A stretch of 64,000 nucleotides of DNA, from assembly GCF_009914755.1 (NCBI RefSeq), contig NC_060941.1; one strand, 5' to 3'. Source of the DNA: the human T2T-CHM13v2.0 reference genome, Homo sapiens. Below are positions 32,678 to 47,454 of the stretch, in pieces (position 1 is the stretch's first letter; each line of letters begins with the position of its first letter). The notes beneath the pieces were generated by a model that searched no databases, was not told where the DNA came from, and saw only the letters and a list, made by a program, of their open reading frames with translations. The position numbers were made by a program, and so were the translations under genes.

Positions 32678-33543
32678 TTTTTTTTTATACTTTAAGTTCT
32701 AGGGTACATGTGCACAATGTGCAGGTTTGTTACATACGTATACACACGCCATGTTGGTGTGCTGCACCCATTGACTCGTCTTTTACATTAGGTTTATCTC
32801 CTAATGCTATCCTTCCCCCCTCCCCCAACCCCACGACAGGCCCCGGTGTGTGTTGTTCCCCTTCCTGTGTCCAAGTGTTCTCATTGTTCAATTCCCACCT
32901 GAGTGAGAACATGCGGTGTTTGGTTTTCTGTCCTTGTGATAGTTTGCTGAGAATGATGGTTTCCAGCTTCATCCATGTCCCCACAAAGGACATGAACTCA
33001 TCCTTTTTTATGGCTGCATAGTATTCCATGGTGTATATGTGCCACATTTTCTCAATCCAGTCTATCATTGATGCACATTTGGGTTGGTTCCAAGTCTTTG
33101 CTGTTGTGAATAGTGCCGCAATGAACATACGTGTGCATGTGTCTTTATAGCAGTATGATTTATAATCCTTTGGGTATATACCCAGTAATGGGATGGCTGG
33201 GTCAAATGGTATTTCTAGTTCTAGATCCTTGAGGAATGGGCACACTGTCTTCCACAGTGGTTGAACTACAAGAAAAAAACAACCCCATCAAAAAGTGGGC
33301 GAAGGATATGAACAGACACTTCTCAAAAGAAGACATTTATGCAGCCAACAGACCCATGAAAAAATGCTCATTATCACTGGCCATCAGAGAAATGCAAATC
33401 AAAACCACAATGAGATACTATCTCACACCAGTTAGAATGGCGATCATTAAAAAGTCAGGAAACAACAGGTGCTGGAGAGGATGTGGAGAAATAGGAACAC
33501 TTTTACACTGTTGGTGGGACGGTAAACTAGTTCAGCCATTGTG
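32678..33543 (-). mobile_element. 5'-truncated L1PA with 5' inversion (twin priming)
   Basis: 32678-33268 is the antisense L1 3' end with polyT. 33269-33543 is the upstream ORF2 segment in the opposite orientation ([10 protein letters not shown]...LLHCWWD). Confidence 0.92.
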
Positions 33544-33548
33544 ATTAA

Positions 33549-34014
<466 letters not shown>

Positions 34015-34174
34015 GAGAGTTTTTTGTTTTGTTGTTGTTTTTTTTTTTTAGTCTACCTACCTTCTTACTCTGGTGGTTCGTGTGCTAGTTGCATGTGTAG
34101 TTTTATAAGAAACTGCTAGACTGTTGTCCAGGCGACTGTTCCATTTTATATTCCCACCAGCAATGTGTGAGTGA

Positions 34175-34425
<251 letters not shown>

Positions 34426-34450
34426 TAGTGGTATCTCATAGTGATTTTGT

Positions 34451-34752
34451 ATTTTCTTTCTTTTTTTCCTTTGAGACAGGGTCTCACTTTGTCACCCAGC
34501 CTGGAGTGCAGTGGCACAATCACTGCCCACTGCAGCCTCAACCCCCAGCCTCAAGTGATCCTCCCACCTCAACCCCCAAAGTAGCTGGGACCACAGGTGC
34601 ATGCCACTATGCCTACCTACTTTTTGTATTTTTTGTAAACAGGGTTTCACCATGTTGTCAAGGCTGGTCTCGAACTCCTGAGCTCAAGTGATCCCGCCTG
34701 CCTTGGCCTTGCACAGTGCTGGGATTACAGGTGTGAGCCGCCGCGCCTGGGC
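34451..34752 (-). mobile_element. AluJ
   Basis: Full dimer. Confidence 0.92.
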
Positions 34753-35176
34753 TGTTTTGTATTTTCTTTGTGGCTATTCATGCATCTATATAATCTCTTT
34801 CATGAAGTATTTCTGCTTATTTACTTTGTTAAAAGAAGGCCATCAAGAAGGCCATGTCCGAGGTCAGCTGAACGTATTTCTGATTCTCCTGGGATAGTAA
34901 TTTAATGATGCTATTTGCAAAAACTACCATCTTTTCCATTGCCTTTTAAAGCAAATGCCTATGACTCAATATTTGATGATTTAAGTTATAATGAAGACTC
35001 AACCTCCTAGTTTTTTATTAATGGAAGAAGGAGTAAGAAATTTTGTGGAGAATAGGTTGATAGGTTTTCAGAATTAGAGCCTGAATTTCAGACATATATT
35101 ATATGAAAATCCAAAAAAGTTGTAGCTAAGTATAATTATTTTGGTTTGTCCAGTGCATTCCAAAATTATAGATGGA

Positions 35177-35477
<301 letters not shown>

Positions 35478-36944
35478 TTATAGATTCATTTAGATGAAAA
35501 TGTTTAGTGACTTCTTGTTGATTTTTGTCTTCTATATTTATAATATTTTTCCTTTTAAGAAATCTGGTTTAAATATTTTGTTTTATAGTTCATAATTACT
35601 TAATTTAACCTTTTAATTTTCAATAAAAGAAGCATTTTTTGAAATTTGTTCTTTAAATACTTTTAATTAACCCTCTTCACTGTAATGAATTCACTGTGTA
35701 AATTCCATACCTTTGGCTGTTGTAATATATAAAAATGAGGACCTTTTCCTCCCTAATAAAATCTTAATAACTTCCTTTATGGGTATGGGTCAAATGTACA
35801 GTAGGTAACAGATTGTTCTGATAAAATTTCAACACACATGCTCAGTAATTCACTATAAAACAAGTTACTTACATAAAGAAAAGGTCAGTTAAAGAGAATT
35901 TGCATTCATTTCTATTTACATTTATCATGAATAGTGTAAAATGCCTTTACTATGCATTTTTATATGTATATATGGGATCCTGGGCACAAATTACAGATTT
36001 TTAAAGAAGCATTTATTAATAAAAATTGCATCCTTCCTGCCTTTCCTACAGCCTCTGATATTTGCTTACAGTAGATTCAGTTACATTCTAAACTTGGCTC
36101 TAAAAACTTCTTCTAGGAACTTCCCCCCACTTTATGCTATTAGGTTTACCTTTAAGGTCATAGCCCCATGTTTAAATGTCAAACACAATCCTTTAAAAAT
36201 AATCCATTAGAGCTCTGTAGAAGTCACATGAAGACTGTATTCTGTGTAAAACTTTCTTGTGGCACTGTTTTCTACACCATTTTTGGCTTGTATGATAGAA
36301 AATAAAAGCTTGTTTCATGTCTGTCTATTTTAGTATAACACCTTATGGGGCATGCATACTGATTATTTTATGGAAAGCACTCTCATCAGCCTGCCCATGA
36401 GGAAAATTAAGATTGTCTTGCTATGTTCCATGGAAATGGTCAAGGCTTTTCAAAAGAGAAAACAGAGAACAAAAGAATATGTCGGGCGTGCACCCAACTG
36501 TGTTATTGGCAGGAAACGTGCTGACTCCTTTGTGAATGTGTGAATTTGTGAAGACCCTTATTTTAAAGAATTATCTTTTCCTATTAGTTGTTGAATGAGA
36601 GGTTTTTCTCATATATAAATAGTTTATGGTTCTGACAAATTTTGTTCAGTTATCTATAAACTGAGCTTTCGTAACATTTGTTTTGTCTGTTTCTAATGAA
36701 GGCTTGTTGCATGAAGATTCTCAGTTGTGACATTGTATGGATGATGCCAGTGAAGTGATCGGAGTTCCAGTATCTAGTGTGTTGTAGCCATCATGAGCTC
36801 CTAATTGAAGGCGACAGGCTGCTTTTTTCCCCTCCTAGTTGGTCAGGCAAAATGTTAGATTTCATTCATTATTAACTCATTCCTTATCAGCAGAGGACTG
36901 GATTAATTTGTAGGGAACATAAATAATTTTTGCTTTGTGTCAAT

Positions 36945-37690
36945 TTTAGAGATTGAAGTTCAGGCTTATACAAGATTCTCTCCCACCTCCAGTTGTTCCA
37001 ATTGTATGCATTTGTGTAACTACCATCATAAAAATGATACACTAATATTTCTGTCACACCAAAAGTTTCTCGTGCCACTTTGTGCTCCATACCTTCCTCC
37101 TTTCCCTCTCTCTTGCAACACTGATTTGCTTCCTATTATTATAGTTGTGGCTGTTGTTTTTTTTTTTAACTTTTCATAGAAGGGACTCATACAGTGTGTA
37201 GACTTTTATGTATAGCTTCCCTACTCCCACAGTCATGGTATTGAGATTCACTTTTGTTGTTTTATAGATAATTTGTTCTTTTTAAATGCTGAGTACTTTT
37301 CATTGCATTAATATGTAACTGTCCATTCACCTATTGATGGACATTTAATTGTTTCTAGGCTTTTTATTATGGCTAATAAAATACCTAGTTGTGACATATG
37401 GAAAATGTATGTTTAATTTTTTTACAAACTGGTAAACTATTTTTCAGAGTGACTGTACCATTTTGCGTCTCCAGCAGTAATGTGTGAGGGCTTCAATTAG
37501 TTTGCATTCTTGCCATAACTTTGTACTACTAGTTTTTAAAATTTTAGTCATTCTATTGGGTGTAGTGGTATCCATTAGTGGTTTCAACTTGCATTTCCCT
37601 GATAATTAAATATGTTGAACATCTTTTCATGTGCTTACTTGCTATCTGTATATCTTCTTTAATCAAGTATCTTTAAACATATTAGGGCCA
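36945..37690 (-). mobile_element. L1ME-like 3' fragment
   Basis: Degenerate antisense L1M motifs (CCATTCACCTATTGATGGACATTT; TTGAACATCTTTTCATGTGCTTA). Confidence 0.7.
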
Positions 37691-38342
37691 TTAAAAAACT
37701 GTATTCTTCTTTTTGCTTCTACAACAGTTATCATAGAATTATCGTCATTTTATTTATTATGAACACCTTTATTTTTTATTTTTCATGCATGAAATCATTT
37801 ATTTTAGAGCTAATGTAAGCTTAGCCCACATTATAATGTTATAACATTAATTTTAATGCTGACATTAAAATTAAACATTAAAACAACATTGATACAGAAA
37901 ATAAACATATGACTTAATATGTACAAGAGAGTTAGCAAGAAAAACTTGATAAATAATTTTTTTTCCAACTTTTATTTTAGGTTCTGGGGGTACGTGTTCA
38001 GGTTTGTTACATCAGTAAATTGTATGTCACTGGAGTTTGGTGTACAGATTATTTTGTCACCCAGGTAGTGAGCATAGTACCCGATAGGTAGTTTTTTGAT
38101 CCTCACTCTACTTCCACCCTCCTCCCTCAAGTAGGCCCCGGTGTCTGTTGTCCCCTTCCTTGTGTCCATGTGAATTCATTGTTTAGCTCCCACTTAGAAG
38201 TGAGAGCATTCTGTATTAGGTTTTCTGTTCTTGCATTAATTCGCTTAGGATAATGGCCTCCAGCTGCATTTATGTTGCTGCAAAGGACACGATTTTGTTC
38301 TTTTTTATGCTGTGTAGTATTCTGTGGTGAATATGTACCACA

Positions 38343-38687
<345 letters not shown>

Positions 38688-40771
38688 TGATTCCATGAAT
38701 TTGATATTGTGACTAGTGCTGCAAAGAACATAGGAGTGCATGTGTCTTTATGGTAGAATGATTGATATTCCTTTGGATATATATCCAATAATGGGATTGT
38801 CCTGTGTTGAATGGTAATTCTAAGTTCTTTGAGAAATCTCCAAACTGCTATCCACGGTGGCTGAACTAATTTACATTCCCACCAGCAGTGTATAAGCATT
38901 CCCTTTTCTCCACAACCTCGCTAGCATCTATTATTTTTTGGCTTTTTAGTAATAGCCATTCTGACTGGTGTGAGAAGGCATCTGATTGTGATTTTGATTT
39001 GCACCTCTCTAATGATTAGTGATGTTGAGCATATTTTTCATATGCTTGTTGGCCATGTGTATGTCTTCTATTGAGAAGTGTCTGTTCACGTACTTTGCCC
39101 ATTTTTTAAATGGGGTTATTTCTTGCTTGTTGACTTATAGATTCTGTATATTAGACCTTTGTCAGATGCATAGTTCACAAATATTTTTCTGTCCTTCTGC
39201 AGGTTGTTTGCTGTTGACAGTTTCTTGTGCTGTGCTGAAGCTCTTTAATTAAGTACCACTTGTCAATTTTTGTTGCAATTGTTGGGATTGCTTTTGGAGT
39301 CTTCCTTATAAAATCTTTGCCAGGGCATGTGTCCAGAATGGTATTTGCTAGGTTTTTGTTTCTAGACTTTTTATAGCATTATGTTTTACATTTCAGTCTT
39401 TAATCCACCTTGAGTTGATTTTTGTATACAGTGGAAAGATTTTCATATATAGAGCCCAGTTTCAATCTCCTGCATATGGTTTGCCAGTAGTCCCACCACC
39501 ATTTATTGAATAGGGAGTTTTTTCCCTATTGTTTGTTATCATCAACTTTGTCAAAGATTAGATGGTTGTAGGTGTGTGGCTTTATTTCTAGGTTCTCCAA
39601 CCTGTTCCATTGGTCTATGTGTCAGTTTTTGTATCAGTACCATGCTATTTTGGTTACTGTAGCCTTGTAGTATAGTTGAAGTCAAGTAGTGTAATGCCTC
39701 CAGCTTTATTCTTTTCGCCTAGGATTGCTTTTACTATTCAGGCTCTTTTTTGGTCTCATATGAATTTTAGAATACTTTTTTTTCTAATTCTGTGAAAAAT
39801 GCCTTTGGTAGTTTGATAGGAAGAGCATTGAAACTGTAAGTTGCTTTGGGTAGTATGGACATTTTAACGATATTGAGTCTTCCTATCCATGAGCATGGAA
39901 TGTTTTTCCATTTGCTTGTGTCATCTCTGACTTTTTTCAGCAGCATTTTGTAATTCTCATTTTAGAGGTCTTTTACCTTTCTGGTTAGCAGTATTCCTAG
40001 GGATTGTATTCCTTTTACGGCTATTGTGAATGAGATTACTTTCTTGATTTGGCTCTCAGCTGGGATATTATCGATGTATAGACATGCTGTTGATTTTCAT
40101 ACATTGATTTTATATCCTGAAACCTTGCTGGAGTTGTTTAACAAATCCAAGAGCCTTTGGACAGAGACTAAGAGTTTTCTAGGTATTGAATCATATCATC
40201 TGGGACTAGAGATAGTGTAACTTCCTGTCTTACTATTTGGATGCCTTTTATTTCTTTCTCTTTCCTGATTGCTCTGGCTGGGACTTCCAGAACTGTGTTG
40301 AATAGGATTGGTGAGAGTAGGCGTCTTTGTCTTGTTCTGGTTCTCAGGGGGAATGTTTCCAGTTTTTGCCTGTTCGGTATCGTGTTGGCTGTGGGTTTGT
40401 CATAGATGGCTCTTATTATTTTGAGGTATGTTCCTTCAATATCTAGTTTGTTGAAGGTTTTTAACATGAATATTGAATTTTATTGAAAGTCTTTTCTGCA
40501 TCCCTTGAGATGATCATTTGTTTTTTTGTTTTTAGTTGTGTTTGTATGATGAATCACATTTATTGTTTTGAATATGTTGAACCAAACTTGCATCCCAGGA
40601 ATAAAGCTTACTTGATCATGGTGGATTAGCTTTTCTGTGTGCTGCTGGATTTGATTTGCTGGTATTTTGTTGAGGAGCTTTGCATCTGTGTTCATCAGGG
40701 ATATTGGCCTGAAATTTTCCTTATTTGTTAATGTCTCTGCCAGGTTTTGGTATCAGAATGAAGCTGGCTTC

Positions 40772-41073
40772 GGCCGGGCGTGGTGGCTCATGCCTGAAAT
40801 CCCAGCACTTCGGGAGGCCGAGGAGGGCGGATCATGAGGTCAGGAGATTGAGACCGTCCTGGCTAACATGGTGAAACCTCGTCTCTACTAAAAATACAAA
40901 AAATTAGCCGGGCATGGTGGCAAGCGCCTGTAGTCCCAGCTATTCGAGAGGCTGAGGCAGGAGAATGGCGTGAACCCAGGAGGTGGAGCTTGCAGTGAGC
41001 CTAGATTGCACCACTGCACTCCAGCCTGGGAGACAGGGAGACTCTGTCTCAAAACAAACAAACAAACAAAAAA
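40772..41073 (+). mobile_element. AluY nested in L1PA
   Basis: AluY diagnostics (GGCTAACA, GAATGGCGTGAACC); TSD CAGAATGA(A/G)GCTGGCTTC at 40754 and 41074. Confidence 0.95.
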
Positions 41074-41739
41074 CAGAATGAGGCTGGCTTCATAGAATGA
41101 GTTAGGGGGAATCTCTCATGCTCGACTTTTTATAATAATTTCAGTAGGATTGGTAGCAGCTTTTCTTTATACATCTAGTAGAATTTGGCTGTGAATTCAT
41201 TTGGTCCAGGGCTTTTTCTCATTGGTAGGTTTTAAAAAATGACAGATACAATTTTGGAATTCATTATTGTTCTGTTCAGGGTTTTAATTTCTTCCTGATT
41301 CAATTTTGGGAGGTTGTTGTGTTTCTAGAAATTTATCCATCTCTCCTATGTTTTCTAGTTTCTGTGCATAGAGGTGGTAAAAAATGTGTTGCATGCATCA
41401 TCACTGTTGAGTCATAAGATTTTCTTTTCTTTTCTTTTTGAGACAGGGTGTCACTCTGTTGCCCACACTGGAGTGTAGTGGTATGATCAGAACTCACTGC
41501 ATCCTCAAATTGCTCCTGCCTCAGCCTTCCTAGTAGCTGAGACTACAGGTGCATGCAGAATTTAAAAAATATTTTGGACACAAACCTTTGTCAGATATAT
41601 ATTTTTGCATTTATTTTTTCATAACATGGCACTTGCCTTTTCATTTTTAATTTTTGTCTGTTAAACAGTTAAAGTTTCACATTTTGATAAATTGTGTTTT
41701 GTCAGTTATATCTATTTTCATGCATTTCTTTTTCTGTTT

Positions 41740-41793
41740 AAGAAATAGGTTACAAAGATTTTTCTCAAGAAATAGGTTACAAAGATTTTTCTC
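41740..41793. repeat. Perfect 27-bp tandem duplication AAGAAATAGGTTACAAAGATTTTTCTC x2
   Basis: Directly visible; copies at 41740-41766 and 41767-41793. Confidence 0.95.
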
Positions 41794-42234
41794 CTGTAGT
41801 TTGTCCTTGACACATAGTTTTTGCTATTATATTTTTAGACTTATGATCCATTTTGAGTTTGTTTTTGGAGCAATTTAATTTTTTTCATATAGAAATCTGA
41901 TTCTTTTGGCACCATTTGTTCCAAAAATGATCTTTTCATCATTTAGTTATATTGTACCTTTGATGAAAATGAGTTGGCCATACAAATGTGAGTTTATTTC
42001 TCGACTCACTATTCTGTTTCCTTGAAATATTTGTGTATGCCTATACCAGTACCATACTATCCTGACTATTGCAGCTTTATATGTCTTATACATGTATATC
42101 ATTTGTATACATCCATATCTCAGAGATATTATATAGTGTAGGTTCAGTTCAAGATGACCCCAATAAGGCAAATTCCATAATAAAGCAAGTCCCGTTAATT
42201 TTTTGGTTTCCCAGTGCATATAAAAGTTATGTTT

Positions 42235-42527
42235 GGCTAGGCTCGGTGGCTCATTCCTGTAATTCCAGCACTTTGGGGAGGTAAGGTGGGGGGCTTGCTT
42301 GAAGCCAGGAGTTTAAGACCATCTTGGGCAACAAAGCAAGGCACTGTCTAAAAAAATAAAATAAAATAAAAAAATTAGCTGAATATGGTGGTGCGCACCT
42401 GTAGCCCCAGCTACTCAGGATGCTGTGACTAGAGGATTGCTTGAGATCAGGAATTAGAGGCTACAGTGAATTCCATTTCAGGTGACAGAGTGAGGCCCTG
42501 TATCTAAAACAAAAACAAAACCAAAAA
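42235..42527 (+). mobile_element. AluJ nested in Tigger1
   Basis: TSD AAAAG(T/G)TATGTTT. Confidence 0.92.
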
Positions 42528-42686
42528 AGGTATGTTTACACTATACTATAGTCTCTTAAGTGTATAATGGCATTATGTCAAAAAAAAATCAATGTGCATA
42601 CCTTAATTAAAAAATACTTTATTGCTAAAAAATACTGATGTTCTGATACTTCAGTGAATCATAATCTTTTTGCTGATGGAGAGTCC

Positions 42687-43269
42687 TGGTTACCCCTTAC
42701 GGGGCTCTTTCCTGTTCAGCGTCATGAAACCAACACATCAAACTGAAAATGAGTATCAGGCAGTGCAGCTTTATTCAGTAGCCTTGGAATTGGAGAAGTG
42801 GGAACTTAGCTTAACTTCTCAGCTCCTGAGAAACCTGGAAGTTACAGATATAGGGCATCTTTAATGAAGGGTTTGGGCATTAAGAGCCAGGAGAGGAATA
42901 TGTTTTTCTTGGAAAGGGATGGAGATTTTCCTGGAATCAAGGAGCCACCTCTTTTCTATGCTTTCCTGGTCTCTTCTGGTCTTTGTCATTGTGATTGTCA
43001 ACTGTCATGGTGCTGATGGGAGTGTCACTTAGCATGGAAATTGGATTATAATGAAGCTAGAGGTTCTTCAGAGGTCGATTAAACTGCCATTGTGGATTTC
43101 ATCAGCTTTAGCTGGGTTAGACCTAAGAAGGAACTTCTGACCACAGACATCCTGTTTCCTAAAAATAAATGGAGTTAAAGCTGACTAGGAATTTAGCCAT
43201 ATCACATAGGCATTGCATTGGCCAACAAAAATGGGGTAGGGATCCAGCTAAGTCATTTAGGCACTACAA
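42687..43269 (-). mobile_element. ERV1-type (MER4 group; MER31/MER67-like) LTR inside Tigger1
   Basis: About 580 bp of non-Tigger sequence bounded by TG...CA, with TTTATT (minus-strand AATAAA) at about 42770 and the motif CTGTCATGGTGCTGATGGGAGTGTC typical of this group. Confidence 0.65.
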
Positions 43270-44902
43270 TGGGTAGTATTAGGACCTTGCTCTGGATTAG
43301 GCTTTGGCTTAAGGGAATGTTGTGTTTAGTTTAGTCTTCTATCTAAACCACTAAAACTTTCTCCATATCGGCAATAAGCCTGTTTCACTTTCTTCTCATT
43401 CATGTGTTCACTGGAGTAGCACTTTTAATTTCTTCAAGAACTTTTTCTTTGTGTTCATGACTTGGTGATGTGGTGTAAGAGGTCTGGTTTTCTGCCTGTA
43501 TCAGCTTTCAGTACGTCTTCCTTGCTAAGCTTAATCATTCCTAGCCTTTGATTTGAAATGAGAGATATGCAACTCTTTATTTCAAATGAACACTTAGAGG
43601 CTATTGTAGGATTATTAATTGGTCTACTTTCAATATTGCTGTGTCTCAGTGATGAAGGAGGCCTGAGGAGAGGGAGAGAGACAGGAGAATAGCTGGTAGG
43701 TGGAGCTTTCAGAACACACTCATTTATTGATTAAATTTACCGTCTTCTATGGGTCCAGTATGTGGTGCCCCAAAACAATTACAATAATAACGTCAAAGAT
43801 CACTGATCACAGATCATTCTAACAGATATAATAATAAATGAAAGAGTTTGAAGTATTATGAGAATTACCAAAATGTGATGGAGAGACACTAGTTGAGCAC
43901 GTAGTGTTGTAAAAATGGCTTCAGTCAACTTGCTTGACACAGGTTTCCCACAAACCTTCAATTTGTTAAAAAAAAAAAATGCAATATCTGTAAAGCACAG
44001 TAAAGTGAGGTGCAGTAAATTAGGTATGCTCGTATGTAAGAATCATGTTAATTTGCATAAAGATTTTAAAGTTAGCTTGTCATCGTCTTTAAAAAGGCCT
44101 GGTAGGATTTTGATTGTGATTATTAAATACATAGATCAGTTTGGGGAGACTTGCCATCTTAAGAAAATTATAACTCCCAATCCAAGAACATGGTATTTAC
44201 TATTATTTATTTAGGTCTTTGATTTATTTTATCTGCATGTTATAGTTTTTAGTATACAAATCTTGCATGTATTTTGTTAGACTTACATAGAATTATTTCA
44301 TATTTTCATGCTATTGCAAATACTTTCAGTTTCAAATTGTTCATTTCTATACAAACATGATTGTGTATGTAGACCATGAATTCTGCAACCTTGGTAAAGT
44401 TCTAGTAGCTTTTTAAAGAGATTCTTTGGGATTTTTTATGTAGATAATGTTATCTATAAATAGATCATGTTATCTGTGATGGTTTTATTTCTACCTTGAC
44501 AATCTGGATGCTTTAAATTTATTTATCTGTAATTATTGCGCTGGGTAAGACTTCTTATACAATGTTGAGTAGAAGTGATAAAAGCAGACAATTTTGCCTC
44601 GTTCTTGACCTTATGGGGAAGGTGTTTATTCTTATATCTGTAGATTTTTTTATAGGTGCACTTTATAAGGTAGAAGAAATTCTAATTATGGTTTGTTGAG
44701 TGTTTTTCTCTTGAAAAGGGTGTTGCATTTTTATTCCTAAAAATGCCATATCTGCATCTTTCTAATGTGATAATCATGGTAGTTTCCCCCCTTTTTTCTG
44801 TGAATATGGTGAATTACATTAATAGATATTTTGTAGTAAAGCAGCCTTGCATTCCTGCAATAAAGTTCACCTGGTTTTGTATTGCTGGATTTTATTTGCT
44901 AA

Positions 44903-45197
44903 TTTTTTTTTTTTTTTTGAGACAGAGTTTCACTGTTGTTGCCTAGGCTGGAGTGCAGTGATGCAATCTCGGCTCAAGATTGAAATCAGTTTCAAGCGAT
45001 TCTCCTGTCTCAGCCTCCTGAGTAGCTGGGATTACAGACATGCTTGCACCACCACCCCTGGCTAATTTTTGTATTTTTAGTAGAGACGGGGTTTCTCCAT
45101 GTTGGTCAGGCTGGTCTTGAACTCCCAACCTCAGGTGATCCACCTGCCTCGGCCTCCCAAAGTGCTGAGATTACAGGCATGAGCCACTGCCCCCAGC
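44903..45197 (-). mobile_element. AluSp/Sq-like
   Basis: TSD TATTTGCTAAT; short internal replacement in the right arm. Confidence 0.92.
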
Positions 45198-45869
45198 TAT
45201 TTGCTAATATTTTCTTAATGAGTTTTGGGTGTATATTTATGAGACATATAGATATACAAGCATATATTTTATTTTCTTGCAATATATTTATTTAGTTTTT
45301 GGATATGTGCTACTGACATTATAAAATATGTTGGAAAGTGACTCTTCTACCTTACGAAAGAGTTCATGTATGATAGGTATAATTTTTTGTTTTGAGGATT
45401 TTCTTTGCAAGAAGTTATGAATTGAATTTCTTTTTAGATCGTGAGCTATTCAAATTATCTTTATGTGTAGATTGGTTTTGGCACTCTGTACATTTTAAGG
45501 CATTTGTCTGTGTCATCAGAATATTTCCTGTTTCCTTCATTATTTGTTTGTTCCTTCTTTATTACTTTTTTGAACACTTTGACCAGAGTTATTGATTCTA
45601 TTATCTTTAAAAATAACAAAGTTTTTGTTTTATTGATTCCCCCTTTGCTTACTCATTTTATTTTAAGAAATTCTTGTTCTTAAAATATGTTCTGTCCCTC
45701 TGTCTAGAACACAGTTTTTTCTTTATTGTACCTTTACAATAAGTCTTATTATGTGGAATGCATTTCCATATACATTCTAGAATGAGATCTCATGTCTGGT
45801 ATATTTTTGATGAGGTTTTAAACTATCAATTTAGAGGTCTTTTAGGCCATGTTATTTTCTTTTAGGTAG

Positions 45870-46175
45870 GTTTTTTTGTTTTTGTTTTTTTTTTTTGAGG
45901 CAGTTTCACTCTGTCGTCCAGGCTGGAGTGCAGTAGCACAATCTTGGCTCACTGCAACTCCGCCTCCCAGGTTCAAGCAATTTTCCTGCTTCAGCCTCTC
46001 AAGTAGTTGGGATTACAGGTGCTTGACACCATGCCCGGATAATTTTTGTATTTTTAATAGAGATGGGGTGTCGCTGTGTTGGCCAGGCTGATCTGAAACT
46101 CCTGACCTCAAGTGATCTGCCTGTCTTGGCCTCCTAAAGTGCTGGGGTTACAGACGTGAGCCACCACGCCTGGCC
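45870..46175 (-). mobile_element. AluSx/Sz-like
   Basis: Full dimer; flanking GTAGGTTTTT repeat. Confidence 0.93.
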
Positions 46176-46797
46176 TACGTAGGTTTTTAAAAAACCATTT
46201 TATTCTTCTTGTGTAGATATATTATGAATCTTTCCTTAGATTTGTTCCAAGATAGTCAATAGTTTTGATATTTAATGTCATTTTATATGATTTTTAAAAA
46301 AATTTTACTAATTGTTTCTCAATTTATAAAAATATACCTGATGTTTGTATATTAAACTTTTATCTAGAGACCTTGGTAAATCCATATATTCTAACAGTTG
46401 GTCTTTATTATGAATTTGCCTCTGTGTGTGTGTGCACAGATGATCTATATTTCTATGCACAGATTGGTATTTTTTGCTTTTATACAATCAAGTTTTTAGC
46501 AAATAATGACAGCTTTAGTTTCTCCTTATAGTAATTACTTTTCTTGGCTTATGCACAAGACCTTCCATACTGTGTTGAATAGAAGTTATGATAATAAGCA
46601 TTTTTTCCTACATCCTGATTTTAGGGTCAGACCTTTTCATATTTTATGGGTGTTTGCTAGTTTTTGTTCGTTAGTTTTAAGGTTGGTACCCTTTATCGTA
46701 TTAAGGAAATGTTTCTTATCATGAATAGGCTTTGAAGTTTATTAGATTCTTTTATGTATCTATTGGTGTAATCATATAATTTTTCTTTTCTTTCATG

Positions 46798-47093
46798 TTT
46801 TTTTTTTTTTTGAGACGGATTCTTGCTCTGTCACCCAGGCTGGAGTGTAGTGGTGTGATCTTGGCTCACCGCACCCTCCGCCTCCTAGGTTCAAGCGATT
46901 CTCCTGCCTCAGCCTCCCAGAGAAGCTGGGACTACAGGCACATGCCACCATGCCTGCCTAATTTTTGTATTTTTTTAGTGGGGGCAGGGTTTCACCATGT
47001 TGGCCAGGCTGGTCTCAAACTCCTGACCTCGTGATCCACCTGCCTCGGCCTCCCAAAGTGCTGGGATTACAGGTGTGAGTAACTGCACCAGCC
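46798..47093 (-). mobile_element. AluS, ~250 bp upstream of BCAS3 exon
   Basis: Full dimer. Confidence 0.95.
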
Positions 47094-47310
47094 TAATCAT
47101 ATCATTTTTCTTCTGTGTAGTACTAATTTGGTGAGTGATATTTTTTTCTTTGCCAAATTTTGCATTCCTAACTTGTTGACTTAAAATAAGGGATGTATTA
47201 TGATCATTTTTGGGATAAGTTTTGAATCAATTTACTAATATCTTGTTAATCAGAGGTTTGAATATTATGTTAATGAGAAAGTATAGAGATTATTGGTCTT
47301 TCTTTTTTAA

Positions 47311-47454
<144 letters not shown>

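Larger units (their letters stand above)
42110..44032 (-). mobile_element. Tigger1 (Tc1/mariner-pogo) DNA transposon, internally deleted, with nested Alu and LTR
   Basis: Degenerate TIRs CATCCATATCTC (42110) and TAGGTATGCTCG (ends 44032), each flanked by TA. 43280-44032 is the reverse complement of the Tigger1 5' region, including the transposase start. Confidence 0.88.
44040..47240 (-). mobile_element. Highly degenerate L1ME ORF2 fragments interrupted by Alus
   Basis: Residual antisense ORF2 motifs (TACAATGTTGAGTAGAAGTGATAAAAGCAGACA; CCTTGCATTCCTGCAATAAA). Confidence 0.65.
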
